Of a stretch of 64,000 nt of DNA, positions 20,184-30,672 are shown piece after piece. The stretch is from an uncultured Bacilli bacterium. GTDB lineage: Bacteria > Bacillota_I > Bacilli_A > RF39 > UBA660. The notes under the pieces are model-generated. The model did not search any database. It was not told the DNA's origin and saw nothing but the letters and a program-made list of their open reading frames with translations. Position 1 is the stretch's first letter. Each line of letters opens with the position of its first letter. The stretch covers positions 1,096 through 65,095 of the forward strand of contig CASTSB010000005.1 in assembly GCA_949451605.1 (NCBI GenBank), in the 5' to 3' direction. The translations under genes and the position numbers were made by a program.

Positions 20184-21393
20184 AAATAATTCCTACACCA
20201 GCTAATAATATAACTAATCCAATAAAGTAAATTGATTGTGCAACAGTAATAGAAGTATCTGGTACATCAGGAGTATAATTAAATGATAAATCTAATCCTG
20301 CATTTACATGTTTTGTAACTTTTCCAACATAAGCTATAGCTTGATATTCTCCACTTGTATATCTGTATGCAATATCTGTTTTAAATGCTCCAGTTACTGA
20401 AATTGGGAATGTTTTTAATTCTTCTGTTATTTTATCAACAGGTACTCTTACAAAGAATTGTTTTCCCTCTGAAATATTATCTAAGTCTTTAATTTCATTA
20501 TTATTTGTATCAATTAAAATTGTACCTTTAGGAGCTTTTGAAATATCTATTTTATATCCTAAGAAACCATTTGAACTAGGAGTTACAGTAATTAAATCAG
20601 ATTGATAATATTTTTCATCACTAGTTAGAGAAACTTTATCAGATTTCTTAGAAATATTTAAACTTATTTGATTCCAATTAGAAGTTCCATTATGAATTGC
20701 TAAAGCTTCATCTAAAATACCACCAATAGTATTATTTCTTAAACTACTTCCACTTAATTTACAAGCTTCATATAATGGTTTAGTTGAATTAATAAGATTA
20801 GTAGAAAAATCAGCCATTGTATATAATCTTGTTTCTGCTCTTACTTTTGCCTCATTAATAGCAGCCGTACCACCAATAGTTTTATTATTTAGTGCTCCAA
20901 CCTTATTTTGATAAATCCAAATTGCAGTTTGAACTAACCAACCTTTAACTTTTTCATTAACTTCTGCACCAGACTCATCGACAATTTTATAATCATCTGA
21001 TAATAAATAACTCATTAAATATAAAAGTCCATTATCAGTAATTTCTTTTTCTTTATTATAAACTTGGTTAGAAGCAATATCTTTTTCACTTTCTATACAA
21101 AATACTAATTTTGATACTCCATTAATAGTTGCATAATGAAGTGCAATCTGTTGATCAGCTACAGGACCTCTTATTTTGTTTCCTTGATCTGCTTCACTTC
21201 CTGTTGTTATTGTTCCAGGAAATGGAGTAGTCTCTTCATTTGGAATAGCAAATGAAATTGAGTCAAATCCAACAGTTATAATTGATGCCATGGCTACAAA
21301 AGCTAAAACAAATGACATCATTATAGAAAATTTTGATTGCATGGATCTTTTTTTATTATTTTGATTACCATTTTGTTCATATATTTTTTCCAT
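20149..21393 (-). CDS. thioester-domain (TED/TIE-like) surface adhesin with C-terminal sorting signal
   Basis: Signal peptide. Cys in LVFCIESEK and Gln in WLVQTAIW resemble the Cys-Gln thioester motifs. C-terminus has VPDTS, a hydrophobic helix and a K-rich tail. Confidence 0.5.
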   Translation of the reverse strand: MEKIYEQNGNQNNKKRSMQSKFSIMMSFVLAFVAMASIITVGFDSISFAIPNEETTPFPGTITTGSEADQGNKIRGPVADQQIALHYATINGVSKLVFCIESEKDIASNQVYNKEKEITDNGLLYLMSYLLSDDYKIVDESGAEVNEKVKGWLVQTAIWIYQNKVGALNNKTIGGTAAINEAKVRAETRLYTMADFSTNLINSTKPLYEACKLSGSSLRNNTIGGILDEALAIHNGTSNWNQISLNISKKSDKVSLTSDEKYYQSDLITVTPSSNGFLGYKIDISKAPKGTILIDTNNNEIKDLDNISEGKQFFVRVPVDKITEELKTFPISVTGAFKTDIAYRYTSGEYQAIAYVGKVTKHVNAGLDLSFNYTPDVPDTSITVAQSIYFIGLVILLAGVGIIYANVKPSKANQ

Positions 21394-21453
21394 ATTTACA
21401 CCCTACCTTTATATTTTTATTATAACACAAAATTTATTTTTTCAAACTATTTT

Positions 21454-22680
21454 TTATACTATCTCAAAAATAGAATTAACTTCTGGCATATCAAACTTTT
21501 TATTGTAATAAACTCTGGCTAAAACATCGCCTTTTTTAACGGACTCATTAACAAGCTTTTCTAATTTTATACCAACTTCATAATCAATTTTTTCTTCTTT
21601 ATTAGTGCGTCCTGCACCAAGTGCCATAGAAAGTTTTCCAAGTTCTAATGCATTAATACTTTTTATCTTTCCGCTCTTACTAGCTTTTAATTCTTTTACT
21701 TTATCACTTACTTTTAAAGAATCTATTTTCCCGCCTTGTGCACTAACAAGTTCTAAAAACTTTTCATAAGCATGACCTCTATTTAAAGAATCAACAACTT
21801 CTTTTATAGCATCACCAAGTTCGATTCCTTTTCCCATACTTACCATATTCGAAGCAAGTTCTATACACAAATCATACAAATTATTATCTGTTTCTCTTCC
21901 CTTTAAAATATCAATAGCTTCCAATACTTCTAAAGAATTTCCAATCGAAGTTCCAAGAGGAACATTCATATCACTAATAATAGTTCTAACTTCCCTCTTA
22001 TAAATTTTACCAATTTCAATCATTAAACGGCTTAGTTCATTAGCATCTTTTTTAGTTGTTAATAAAGCACCATTTCCTACCTTTATATCTATTAAAATTT
22101 TATCTGCTCCAGATGCTATCTTCTTACTCATAATACTTGAAGCAATTAATGGTATAGAAGAAACAGTACCAGTTACATCTCTTAAAGCATATATTGCTTT
22201 ATCCATTGGTACTAAATCTGCAGTTTGACCTGTCACAACAACCCCTATTTTCTTTACTTGTTTAACTATATCTTCATCATCTAAATCTATACGATATCCT
22301 TTAATACTCTCAAGCTTATCAATTGTTCCACCAGTATAACCAAGTCCACGACCACTCATTTTAATAACAGGAATACCCAAGCTCGCAACAATTGGCGCAA
22401 TAATAAGCGTTGTCTTATCACCAATTCCACCAGTAGAATGTTTATCAACTTTTATACCAGGAATATCATCAAACTCTAAAATATCACCACTATCAATAAA
22501 AACCTTTGTTAAAGCAAAAACTTCCTCATCACTCATACCATTTATACAAATAGCCATAAGTAGGGCGCTCATTTGGTAATCTTTAATTTCCCCATCCAAA
22601 TATCCATTAAAAAATTTATCTATTTCTCTATAAGATAATTCTTTTCCTAATCTTTTTTTATTTATAATATCTACTATCAC
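21454..22680 (-). CDS. pdp: pyrimidine-nucleoside (thymidine) phosphorylase
   Basis: KHSTGGIGDKTTLI, SGRGLGYTGGTIDKLESI. Confidence 0.9.
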   Translation of the reverse strand: MIVDIINKKRLGKELSYREIDKFFNGYLDGEIKDYQMSALLMAICINGMSDEEVFALTKVFIDSGDILEFDDIPGIKVDKHSTGGIGDKTTLIIAPIVASLGIPVIKMSGRGLGYTGGTIDKLESIKGYRIDLDDEDIVKQVKKIGVVVTGQTADLVPMDKAIYALRDVTGTVSSIPLIASSIMSKKIASGADKILIDIKVGNGALLTTKKDANELSRLMIEIGKIYKREVRTIISDMNVPLGTSIGNSLEVLEAIDILKGRETDNNLYDLCIELASNMVSMGKGIELGDAIKEVVDSLNRGHAYEKFLELVSAQGGKIDSLKVSDKVKELKASKSGKIKSINALELGKLSMALGAGRTNKEEKIDYEVGIKLEKLVNESVKKGDVLARVYYNKKFDMPEVNSIFEIV

Positions 22681-23087
22681 TCTATCACCAACCTAAATAA
22701 ATTTGTTTGTGCTTCTAAAAAGCCACATTTCTCATAAATATGTCTTGCACAGGCTCTTTTAGAAGAACATGTCAATTGAATAAAAGAAATATTATCTTCT
22801 TTAGCTAACTCTTTTATATAATTAATCATATATTGACCATATCCTTGACCTTGATTTTCTAAATCAATACATACATAATCAACTAAAAAATAACTAATAT
22901 TCTTAACAATATCCCAATTCTTAGTTAAAACAAAGTACCCTACCACTCTTGCATCCGCTTCTAAAACATACTCAAATATATTATCAGGAATATCTTCTTT
23001 CTTTTTTTCATAAGAAAAATTTTCAATTAACATTTTATTAACTATTTCTTTATCTGAATCTTGATATCTTCTAACAACTAAACTCAT
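22677..23087 (-). CDS. GNAT N-acetyltransferase
   Basis: QGQGYGQYMINYIKELAK acetyl-CoA binding motif. Confidence 0.7.
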   Translation of the reverse strand: MSLVVRRYQDSDKEIVNKMLIENFSYEKKKEDIPDNIFEYVLEADARVVGYFVLTKNWDIVKNISYFLVDYVCIDLENQGQGYGQYMINYIKELAKEDNISFIQLTCSSKRACARHIYEKCGFLEAQTNLFRLVIE

Positions 23088-23155
23088 AACTACTCCCCTA
23101 TCTTATATAAATAATATCACATTAAAATAAAATTTTCTACAAAAGAAAAAGCAGA

Positions 23156-23497
23156 TTACTCTGCTTCCAATTTAGTTGATTTATTACTACTTAGAAAAGT
23201 AACTTTTTCAGCGATAATTTCTACTACTGTACTTTTTTTATTATCTTCTTCTACTACTTTAGACTGCACACGACCTTTCACACCAACTATGTCGCCCTTA
23301 TTACAATATTCAGCAGTGTTACTCGCAACATTATCAAAAGCTACACAGTCAATAAAATCAGTATCATAAGTACCTTCAGAATTTTTAAAACTTCTTGGTA
23401 CTGCTAAAGGAATAGTCGCAACTTTAGTGCCATTATCTGATTTAAAAACATTAACATCCCTTGTAAGTCTACCAACAACAATTATCTGATTTAACAT
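23156..23497 (-). CDS. short single-stranded DNA-binding protein (OB fold, no acidic tail)
   Basis: MLNQIIVVGRLTRDVNV...KGDIVGVKGRVQS. 113 aa; lacks the C-terminal DDDIPF tail. Confidence 0.55.
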   Translation of the reverse strand: MLNQIIVVGRLTRDVNVFKSDNGTKVATIPLAVPRSFKNSEGTYDTDFIDCVAFDNVASNTAEYCNKGDIVGVKGRVQSKVVEEDNKKSTVVEIIAEKVTFLSSNKSTKLEAE

Positions 23498-23587
23498 GTA
23501 TTACCTCCTTTCTGAGGTCATATTATCCTAAATAAAAATACATATCAAATCGCACTTTTAAACTATTTACTATTAATTTACCAAACA

Positions 23588-23628
23588 AAAAAGTAAATTT
23601 TCTAATAGAATTTACTTTTTTCATTTCA
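23588..23628 (-). terminator. rho-independent terminator downstream of sufB
   Basis: aaaagtaaatt/aatttactttt hairpin followed by a T-tract on the minus strand. Confidence 0.45.
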
Positions 23629-23659
23629 GTTATTTATTAATACAACTAATTTCATAGTT

Positions 23660-24973
23660 TTATAAATTTCTTTTAATTAACTGGTTAAGTTCAACAGCGT
23701 ACTCCATAGGAAGTTCTTCTCTAAACTCTTCTAAAAATCCTAAAACAATTAATTCCATTGCTCTCTCACGAGAAATTCCACGGCTCATCATATAAAATAA
23801 ATTATCCTCGCTTATTTTGGATACAGTTGCTTCATGTTCAATACTACTATTTAAATTAAAACATCCATTAGTTGGAATTGTATCACTTTTAGATTCACCA
23901 TCAAGAATTAAAGTATCACACTTAACATTAGCAATAGAGTTATCAGCAGATTCTTCAATCTTAGCAGTTCCTCTATAAGTAGCATTACCTCCATTGCTTG
24001 CAATACTCTTAGAAATTATATTACTTGTTGTATTCTTTCCTAAATGAATCATTTTTGCCCCAGTATCTTGGATTTGTCCTTTACTTGCCACGCTAATAGT
24101 AATACATGTACCTTTAGAATTGTCACCACTTAAAATACAACAAGGATATTTCATAGTAACTAAACTACCAATATTTCCGTCAATCCACTCCATAGTACCA
24201 TTAGTATCAACTAAAGCTCTCTTAGTAACTAAATTATAAACATTAGGTGCCCAATTCTGTACAGTTGAATAACGACATTTACTATTCTTACCTACATATA
24301 TTTCAACAACAGCAGCATGCAGACTACTTTCACTATAAGTAGGAGCAGTACATCCCTCAACATAATGAAGCTCACTATTATCATCAACAATAATTAAAGT
24401 ACGTTCAAATTGCCCCATATTTTTACTATTAATTCTAAAATAACTTTGCAGTGGACGATCAAGCTTAGTATTAGGAGGAATATAAATAAAACTTCCTCCA
24501 CTAAATACTGAACTATTTAGCGCCGCAAACTTATTATCATTATTCTTAACAATCTTACCAAAATACTTCTTAACAAGATCTGGATAAGTCTTCATAGCTT
24601 GTTCAATAGATGTAAATATAACTTTCTTATTTTCAATTTCTTCAAGCATTTTATGGTATATTACTTCACTCTCATATTGAACACCCATACCACCTAAATG
24701 CTTTTCACTCTCAAGTACACCTAAATCATCAAGCTCATTAACAATTGGCTTTAAAACATTATTCCAATCACTTTGAATTTTCTCATCTGCTTCATTAGAT
24801 TTATAATAAATTATCTTTGAAAAATCCAAATCGATATTAGGTCCAAATTTAGGCATAAGAAACTTATTAAAAATTTTAAAACTCTCAAGTCTATAATCTC
24901 TTATCCAATCATCTTCATTTTTCTTCTTAGATATTTGTAGAACATTCTCTTCACTAATACCTACTATTTCCAT
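23660..24973 (-). CDS. sufB: Fe-S cluster assembly protein SufB
   Basis: 437 aa; conserved C-terminal GISRERAMELIVLGF. Confidence 0.9.
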   Translation of the reverse strand: MEIVGISEENVLQISKKKNEDDWIRDYRLESFKIFNKFLMPKFGPNIDLDFSKIIYYKSNEADEKIQSDWNNVLKPIVNELDDLGVLESEKHLGGMGVQYESEVIYHKMLEEIENKKVIFTSIEQAMKTYPDLVKKYFGKIVKNNDNKFAALNSSVFSGGSFIYIPPNTKLDRPLQSYFRINSKNMGQFERTLIIVDDNSELHYVEGCTAPTYSESSLHAAVVEIYVGKNSKCRYSTVQNWAPNVYNLVTKRALVDTNGTMEWIDGNIGSLVTMKYPCCILSGDNSKGTCITISVASKGQIQDTGAKMIHLGKNTTSNIISKSIASNGGNATYRGTAKIEESADNSIANVKCDTLILDGESKSDTIPTNGCFNLNSSIEHEATVSKISEDNLFYMMSRGISRERAMELIVLGFLEEFREELPMEYAVELNQLIKRNL

Positions 24974-24987
24974 ATAACCACCAGTTT

Positions 24988-25506
24988 CTATTTTACTTTA
25001 ACTTTTTCTTTAGCACGTTCTTCAAAATAATAATTCATATAGTCTTCATGCTTTCTATCATTTTTTATTATCCTTAGCATTTTAAAATAATTATCAAACT
25101 TCTTCATTCTTCGAGCAGCAATGCTTTTTCTATCCTTAAAATAATTCTTAGAATTTAATACAATATTTTCTAAATCTTCCATACTAACATTCTCAGGTAA
25201 AGATGTATCTTTCAAAGAAGATTTAATAAGCCAACAAGGTCCAGTTTCAAAAAAACTACTTACTGACTCAATTTTGCTTCCATAACAAATACCATTACTA
25301 TAATTTTCATAACAAGTATTTCTTTTAAATACTGGAAAAGTTTCTAATCTATCAAATACATTTAAGAAAGTATAACCTTCCTTTTCATTGCCAAAACGTT
25401 CTATTATTACATAAGATAAATCCTCTGTAACTTCAATTCCATTATGGTCTTTATCAAAATATTTTAATTCTGCTAAAAATAGATTTTCTTTATTCATTGT
25501 TCTCAT
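24988..25506 (-). CDS. hypothetical protein inserted in the suf operon
   Basis: 172-aa ORF between sufU and sufB. No motif recognised. Confidence 0.4.
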   Translation of the reverse strand: MRTMNKENLFLAELKYFDKDHNGIEVTEDLSYVIIERFGNEKEGYTFLNVFDRLETFPVFKRNTCYENYSNGICYGSKIESVSSFFETGPCWLIKSSLKDTSLPENVSMEDLENIVLNSKNYFKDRKSIAARRMKKFDNYFKMLRIIKNDRKHEDYMNYYFEERAKEKVKVK

Positions 25507-25930
25507 TATTTCCTAATTCCCCTAACATTTTTTCTATTGCATTACTTGATAAAAGAGCACAGCCCTTTCTATTTGGTTGTTTACAAATTTCATCATAAAC
25601 ATTTAACTCACCTAGAATATCACTATTATATTCTTCTTCTGCAATCATATTTTTATAATTAATTAAAATGTTTTTGGCATCATCTACACTTTTACCAATT
25701 AAACTTCTAATCATTATAGAAGAAGCTGAGGTACTAATAGCACAAGCTTCTCCATCAAATCTTATATCTTTAATAATTCCATCTTCTACTAACATCATAA
25801 AATCCAAATTATCAATACAACTCTCACTATTAGTATTAACTTTTAAATAACTTTCATCATCAACTAATCCTCGATTCATTGGCTCTTGATAATTATCTAA
25901 AATAACTTGTCTTCTTAAATTACTATCCAT
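25490..25930 (-). CDS. sufU: SufU-type Fe-S scaffold (IscU-like)
   Basis: GEACAISTSASS and CKQPNRKGCALL cysteine ligands. Confidence 0.8.
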   Translation of the reverse strand: MDSNLRRQVILDNYQEPMNRGLVDDESYLKVNTNSESCIDNLDFMMLVEDGIIKDIRFDGEACAISTSASSIMIRSLIGKSVDDAKNILINYKNMIAEEEYNSDILGELNVYDEICKQPNRKGCALLSSNAIEKMLGELGNNENNE

Positions 25931-25938
25931 AATTACTC

Positions 25939-27132
25939 CTATAATACTACTTTAAAAATGTCTTCTGATTTTTCTAATGCAGAGACTAATCTTTCAACAT
26001 CAGAAAAATTATTATAAAAATACATACTACAACGAACTGTATTTTTAATTCCAATTTCATCTTTTAATATTTTGGCACAATGATTACCAGCTCTTACAAA
26101 GATTTTATAATGATTTAAATAAACAGATGAGTCTTGTGCAAAAACATCGTTAATATTAAAAGCTAAAATACCACTATCAGATTTTTTATTATATATTGTA
26201 ATATTTGGAATAGCTTCAAGTTTAGAAATCAAATATTCTTTTAACTTCATTTCATGTTCATGAATCTTATCCATTCCAATTGATTCTAAATATAATATAG
26301 CTTCTCTAAGACCAATAACTTCTGCAATAGGTGGAGTTCCAGCTTCAAACTTTATAGGAACTTCTTTCAATTCATAAGATGAATCAGCCTCAAAGAAATT
26401 GTTCATTCCTCCACCATAACATAAAGGATCCATTTCTTTTAATAAATCATATTTACCAACTAATACTCCAACACCAGTAGGTCCACACATTTTATGTCCT
26501 GAAAAACTTAAAAAATCAATATTGCTATTTTTAAAATCTTCCTTCATATGAGGTACACTTTGAGCACCATCTACACAAAAATAAATATTATTATCTTGAC
26601 ATATTTTACCTATTGTTGAAACATCCCTAACATCTCCAATTACATTAGTTACATGAGCAATTGAAATAACTTTAGTATTAGGTGTAATACTTTTTCTTAC
26701 ACTGTCAACAGTTAATTCATATTCATCATTTAAATCCATATATTTAACAACTATACCAATTTCTTCACTAAGCTTTAACCATGGAAGAACATTTGATGCA
26801 TGTTCACTCTTAGTAATTAATACCTCATCCCCTGCTTTAAGATGCTTCTTCATAAAGCCAAATACTACCATATTTATTGACATAGTAGTACCAGAGGTAA
26901 AAACTACTTCCTTACTTGATGCATTAACAAATCTTGCGACTACTTCTCTTGTATCATCATAAAGCTTATTAGTTACAATAGCAGCATCATAATCTCCCCT
27001 ATGTATATTTGAAGTATGACGACTCATATATTTCACAATACTATCTGTTACACATCTAGGTTTTAATGTAGTTGCACCATTATCAAAATAAACAATATCC
27101 TCATCTAACATAGGGAAATCTTCTCTATTCAT
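25939..27132 (-). CDS. sufS: cysteine desulfurase SufS
   Basis: FSGHKMCGPTGVGVL (PLP lysine), RAGNHCA. Confidence 0.9.
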   Translation of the reverse strand: MNREDFPMLDEDIVYFDNGATTLKPRCVTDSIVKYMSRHTSNIHRGDYDAAIVTNKLYDDTREVVARFVNASSKEVVFTSGTTMSINMVVFGFMKKHLKAGDEVLITKSEHASNVLPWLKLSEEIGIVVKYMDLNDEYELTVDSVRKSITPNTKVISIAHVTNVIGDVRDVSTIGKICQDNNIYFCVDGAQSVPHMKEDFKNSNIDFLSFSGHKMCGPTGVGVLVGKYDLLKEMDPLCYGGGMNNFFEADSSYELKEVPIKFEAGTPPIAEVIGLREAILYLESIGMDKIHEHEMKLKEYLISKLEAIPNITIYNKKSDSGILAFNINDVFAQDSSVYLNHYKIFVRAGNHCAKILKDEIGIKNTVRCSMYFYNNFSDVERLVSALEKSEDIFKVVL

Positions 27133-27143
27133 TAAAACACCTC

Positions 27144-27719
27144 CTAAATATTTTTTATTTCTTCTATAAATGGAAGAATCCTTTCTTTTTCCACATCATT
27201 ATTTATCAAAAATCCATTTAAAAGTAATCTATAACTTTCATTTCGACTAATACCTCTACTCATTAAATAGAATAAAACTTCATCCCTAAACTTTCCAATA
27301 TAAGCAGAATGATTACTTATAACATCATAATTATCTATTAATAAATTAGGACTAATATTACTTTTACCATTACTCATATTTATGATTTGATTTTCTTGAT
27401 CACAAATACATCCACTACTTGTTTTTAAAACTACACCATTAATAAAATAATTAAGTTTAGAACTTCCAACGTTTACACCATGATTAAAAACATAACTTTT
27501 AGTATTAGAAGCTAAATGGTTAACTTCTAAATTAAACTGATTATTATCATAGTTAATATTGTTATAATAATACTTTAATTCTACATTTTCACTGTCTAAA
27601 TTAATCGAAACTTTAGAACTACTATTTATAGAAAAATGATAAATAATTGTATCTTCTTTAATACTATATTGGTAATCCTTTTTTTCATTATTATCCAATA
27701 TATACAATATTTTACTCAT
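27144..27719 (-). CDS. sufD: SufD-like protein, unusually short (191 aa)
   Basis: C-terminus LFYLMSRGISRNESYRLLLNGFL matches the SufB/D C-terminal block. Start overlaps the sufC stop. Confidence 0.5.
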   Translation of the reverse strand: MSKILYILDNNEKKDYQYSIKEDTIIYHFSINSSSKVSINLDSENVELKYYYNNINYDNNQFNLEVNHLASNTKSYVFNHGVNVGSSKLNYFINGVVLKTSSGCICDQENQIINMSNGKSNISPNLLIDNYDVISNHSAYIGKFRDEVLFYLMSRGISRNESYRLLLNGFLINNDVEKERILPFIEEIKNI

Positions 27720-28491
27720 TTACACCATTTCCAATCATTTCATTTATCATAGAATATCCATTTTTTTCTATTTCTAAAGCAAGCTTCATATCACCTGTAT
27801 ACTTTATATTCCCATCATTTAAAATATGAACATAGTTAGGTTTAATATATTCTAAAATTCTTGGATAATGAGTAATAATTAAAACCGAAGTATCCTTATT
27901 TTCTTCTAAATAATCATTAATATTTTTACAAACAATTCTCAAGCTATCTACATCAAGTCCTGAATCTAATTCATCTAAAATTATAAACTTAGGCTTTAAA
28001 ACTTTTAATTGTAATATTTCATTCTTTTTCTTTTCTCCACCGCTAAATCCCTTATTTAGAGATCTATGTAGCATATTTTTATTTAGAGATAAATCATCCA
28101 TTGCACTTTCCATATCTTTAATAAAAGTATATAGATTAACTTTCTCATTAATAATTTCAGACTTAGCAGTTCTAATAAACTCACTATTTGATACTCCATC
28201 TATAACAGTAGGATCTTGCATACATAAAAATATTCCTTTTTTAGCTCTATCAGATACATCTAAAGAAGAAATATCTTCACCCATAAACTTTATCTTTCCT
28301 GAAGTAACTTCATAATTATAATGTCCCATTATGGCTTTAGATAAAGTACTCTTACCAGTTCCATTAGGACCCATAATCGCATGAACCTCTCCTGGCTTTA
28401 TTAAAAGTGATAAATCTTTTAAAATCTCTTTATCACTATTTTTTAATTTTACATTTAAATTATTTATTTCTAACAATTGAATCATCCCCAA
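27712..28491 (-). CDS. sufC: Fe-S cluster assembly ATPase SufC
   Basis: GPNGTGKSTL Walker A, LSGGEKKKNEILQL, ILDELDSGLD. Confidence 0.9.
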   Translation of the reverse strand: MGMIQLLEINNLNVKLKNSDKEILKDLSLLIKPGEVHAIMGPNGTGKSTLSKAIMGHYNYEVTSGKIKFMGEDISSLDVSDRAKKGIFLCMQDPTVIDGVSNSEFIRTAKSEIINEKVNLYTFIKDMESAMDDLSLNKNMLHRSLNKGFSGGEKKKNEILQLKVLKPKFIILDELDSGLDVDSLRIVCKNINDYLEENKDTSVLIITHYPRILEYIKPNYVHILNDGNIKYTGDMKLALEIEKNGYSMINEMIGNGVNE

Positions 28492-28569
28492 TTTCTATAA
28501 AGCAACTATATTTTATCACATAAAGTCTATAAAAACAAAAAAAAGTCACAACAATTGTGACTAATTTAT

Positions 28570-29790
28570 TTAAGCAATTTTTCTTGTATTTTCAGAGTTA
28601 TTTGAATTATCTATTATACTTCTAGCATCTTTTAAAACTTTTGCTAAATCACTACTTACTTCTGGCTTATAATTAGACATTCTAGTTTCTAATTCTTCCT
28701 TCTCTTCTTTTAATCTAGCAATTTCATTATTTAATTCATCAATTACAGATTGTTGATTACGATTTATTTCTACAAGTTCTGATATTGTATAAGTAACATC
28801 AGCTAAAATATTATCTTCACTATTTGTAGTCTCTTCATAATTATTAGCTTCCTCTTCATATACAGGAGCATCCACTTTTGTATTATCTTCTTCTGAATAA
28901 ACATCAGGTACTATTACATCTTCTCTTACTTCTTCCTCTACAGGATTATCAACTTTCTCTTCTTCTACTTCACTATTATCTAACCCTAATGGAGTATTAG
29001 TAATTGCAGAATTAACTTCATCATGACTAATCATATTATCAACTGGAGCTTCATCAACAGCAGGTATAAAACTTTCTTCTTCATTAACTTCAGTTTCTTC
29101 TTTGTTTTCTCCACTCATGGCATTATCAATAGTATCTTGAGAAACTAAATTATCGCTAACATCTAAATCATTAGATGGATTATTATTCATTACTGAATTA
29201 TTTATAGGGAATATATTAAATTGCATAATATCAGAATTTACTGTATTCTTACTAAAATAAATCTTATCATTAGTAATACCCATAAAACTATAGAATTCAT
29301 TACCAATTAAATTATTACCATTCAAATCACATAAAGTAGCTTCAGAAAATTGATCATTAAAGACAAACTTTCCACTATTATTCATAACCGCATTAATTTT
29401 TTCTTTAATAGTTGCAGGAGTAGTAACAAGTTGTGTAGCACTAGCTGGATCTTCTCTTAATCTAATGCTTTCTAAAACACTAGGAGATGTAGGTTGTGCT
29501 TTTTCAACTAATAAAATACCTTCTAAGATATTTTTAATAGTTTTATTATCGCATGGAATTAATATTTTACCATTACTATCTATTAAACCAATATGAGTAG
29601 CAACAACAGTTGGATCAACTGCCTCTACTAAAGAAGTAGAAACAATTACATTACCATTGCTTAGTTTTCCTCCATCTAAAAAATAATACTGTAACCCTTC
29701 ATCAGTCACACCATACGTACAAATAATATCATTACGATCCTTATATTTTACAATTCCCTTTTGTATTTGCATATTACACACACCACCCAA
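28570..29790 (-). CDS. hypothetical protein with acidic middle and C-terminal coiled coil
   Basis: 406 aa; C-terminal SELVEINRNQQSVIDELNNEIARLKEEKEELETR heptad-like segment. Confidence 0.4.
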   Translation of the reverse strand: MGGVCNMQIQKGIVKYKDRNDIICTYGVTDEGLQYYFLDGGKLSNGNVIVSTSLVEAVDPTVVATHIGLIDSNGKILIPCDNKTIKNILEGILLVEKAQPTSPSVLESIRLREDPASATQLVTTPATIKEKINAVMNNSGKFVFNDQFSEATLCDLNGNNLIGNEFYSFMGITNDKIYFSKNTVNSDIMQFNIFPINNSVMNNNPSNDLDVSDNLVSQDTIDNAMSGENKEETEVNEEESFIPAVDEAPVDNMISHDEVNSAITNTPLGLDNSEVEEEKVDNPVEEEVREDVIVPDVYSEEDNTKVDAPVYEEEANNYEETTNSEDNILADVTYTISELVEINRNQQSVIDELNNEIARLKEEKEELETRMSNYKPEVSSDLAKVLKDARSIIDNSNNSENTRKIA

Positions 29791-29910
29791 TTACTATTCC
29801 CCTTATCTTCTTTTATATTAACACAAATTAAATACTAAAACAATAACAATTTTACTTTTTCTTTCCTTGTCAATAAAAAAAAATTAAGATAAAATAAAAC
29901 TGGTGATAAA

Positions 29911-30663
29911 ATGCAAAAACAAAAAAGATTAATGTATGGAATGATGGTACTATTTCTTATAGTTTTCGTAACTTTTGGAGTAATAATCATGAACGAAAAA
30001 ATAGCTCCTCTAAAAATAAATAAAGTAACAGAAAAACTAAATAACTATATAAAAGAAAACTATAGTGATTTAAAAAATATAAGCCTTTCAAAAGTAGAAT
30101 ACAAACATTTAAGATATGAGGCTAAAGTAGAATCTACTGAAAATAAAAATTACTATTTTAATATTTATTATGAAAATAAAAAAATTACTGATACATATAA
30201 AAAAGATTATCTAGAAGGAAATACTATTATTAAATATCAAGAAAATAATATAAAACAAAATATTAAAAAGAAAACAAATAACAGTTACAATATATCTATT
30301 AATAAAAAATTAAATAAATTTACAGAAAACATAAAAAAAGAAATTATTAATAATAAAAATCTAGAAGCATATGAAATATACACCCTAGAAGCAAACATTA
30401 CAGTAAAAGAATTAACTAGTAAAAGAATATCTAATACATTAAAAACATTTATTAATAATATGCATGATAAAAAGATAACACCTAAATCATATAATTTTAT
30501 AATTCAGTCAAGTAGTGACAAAGTAAAAGCTATCAAAATTTCTAATATTACATATGAATTAGTAAATAGTAATAACTTAAAGACTATAATTAATGATATA
30601 ATTAATAACGAAAAAACAAATATTTTAAATAAATATGATATTCAATATGAATATTTAAATTAG
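29911..30663 (+). CDS. N-terminally anchored hypothetical protein
   Basis: TM helix MVLFLIVFVTFGVII then a K/N-rich repeated domain. Confidence 0.4.
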   Translation: MQKQKRLMYGMMVLFLIVFVTFGVIIMNEKIAPLKINKVTEKLNNYIKENYSDLKNISLSKVEYKHLRYEAKVESTENKNYYFNIYYENKKITDTYKKDYLEGNTIIKYQENNIKQNIKKKTNNSYNISINKKLNKFTENIKKEIINNKNLEAYEIYTLEANITVKELTSKRISNTLKTFINNMHDKKITPKSYNFIIQSSSDKVKAIKISNITYELVNSNNLKTIINDIINNEKTNILNKYDIQYEYLN

Positions 30664-30672
30664 GAGGTATTT

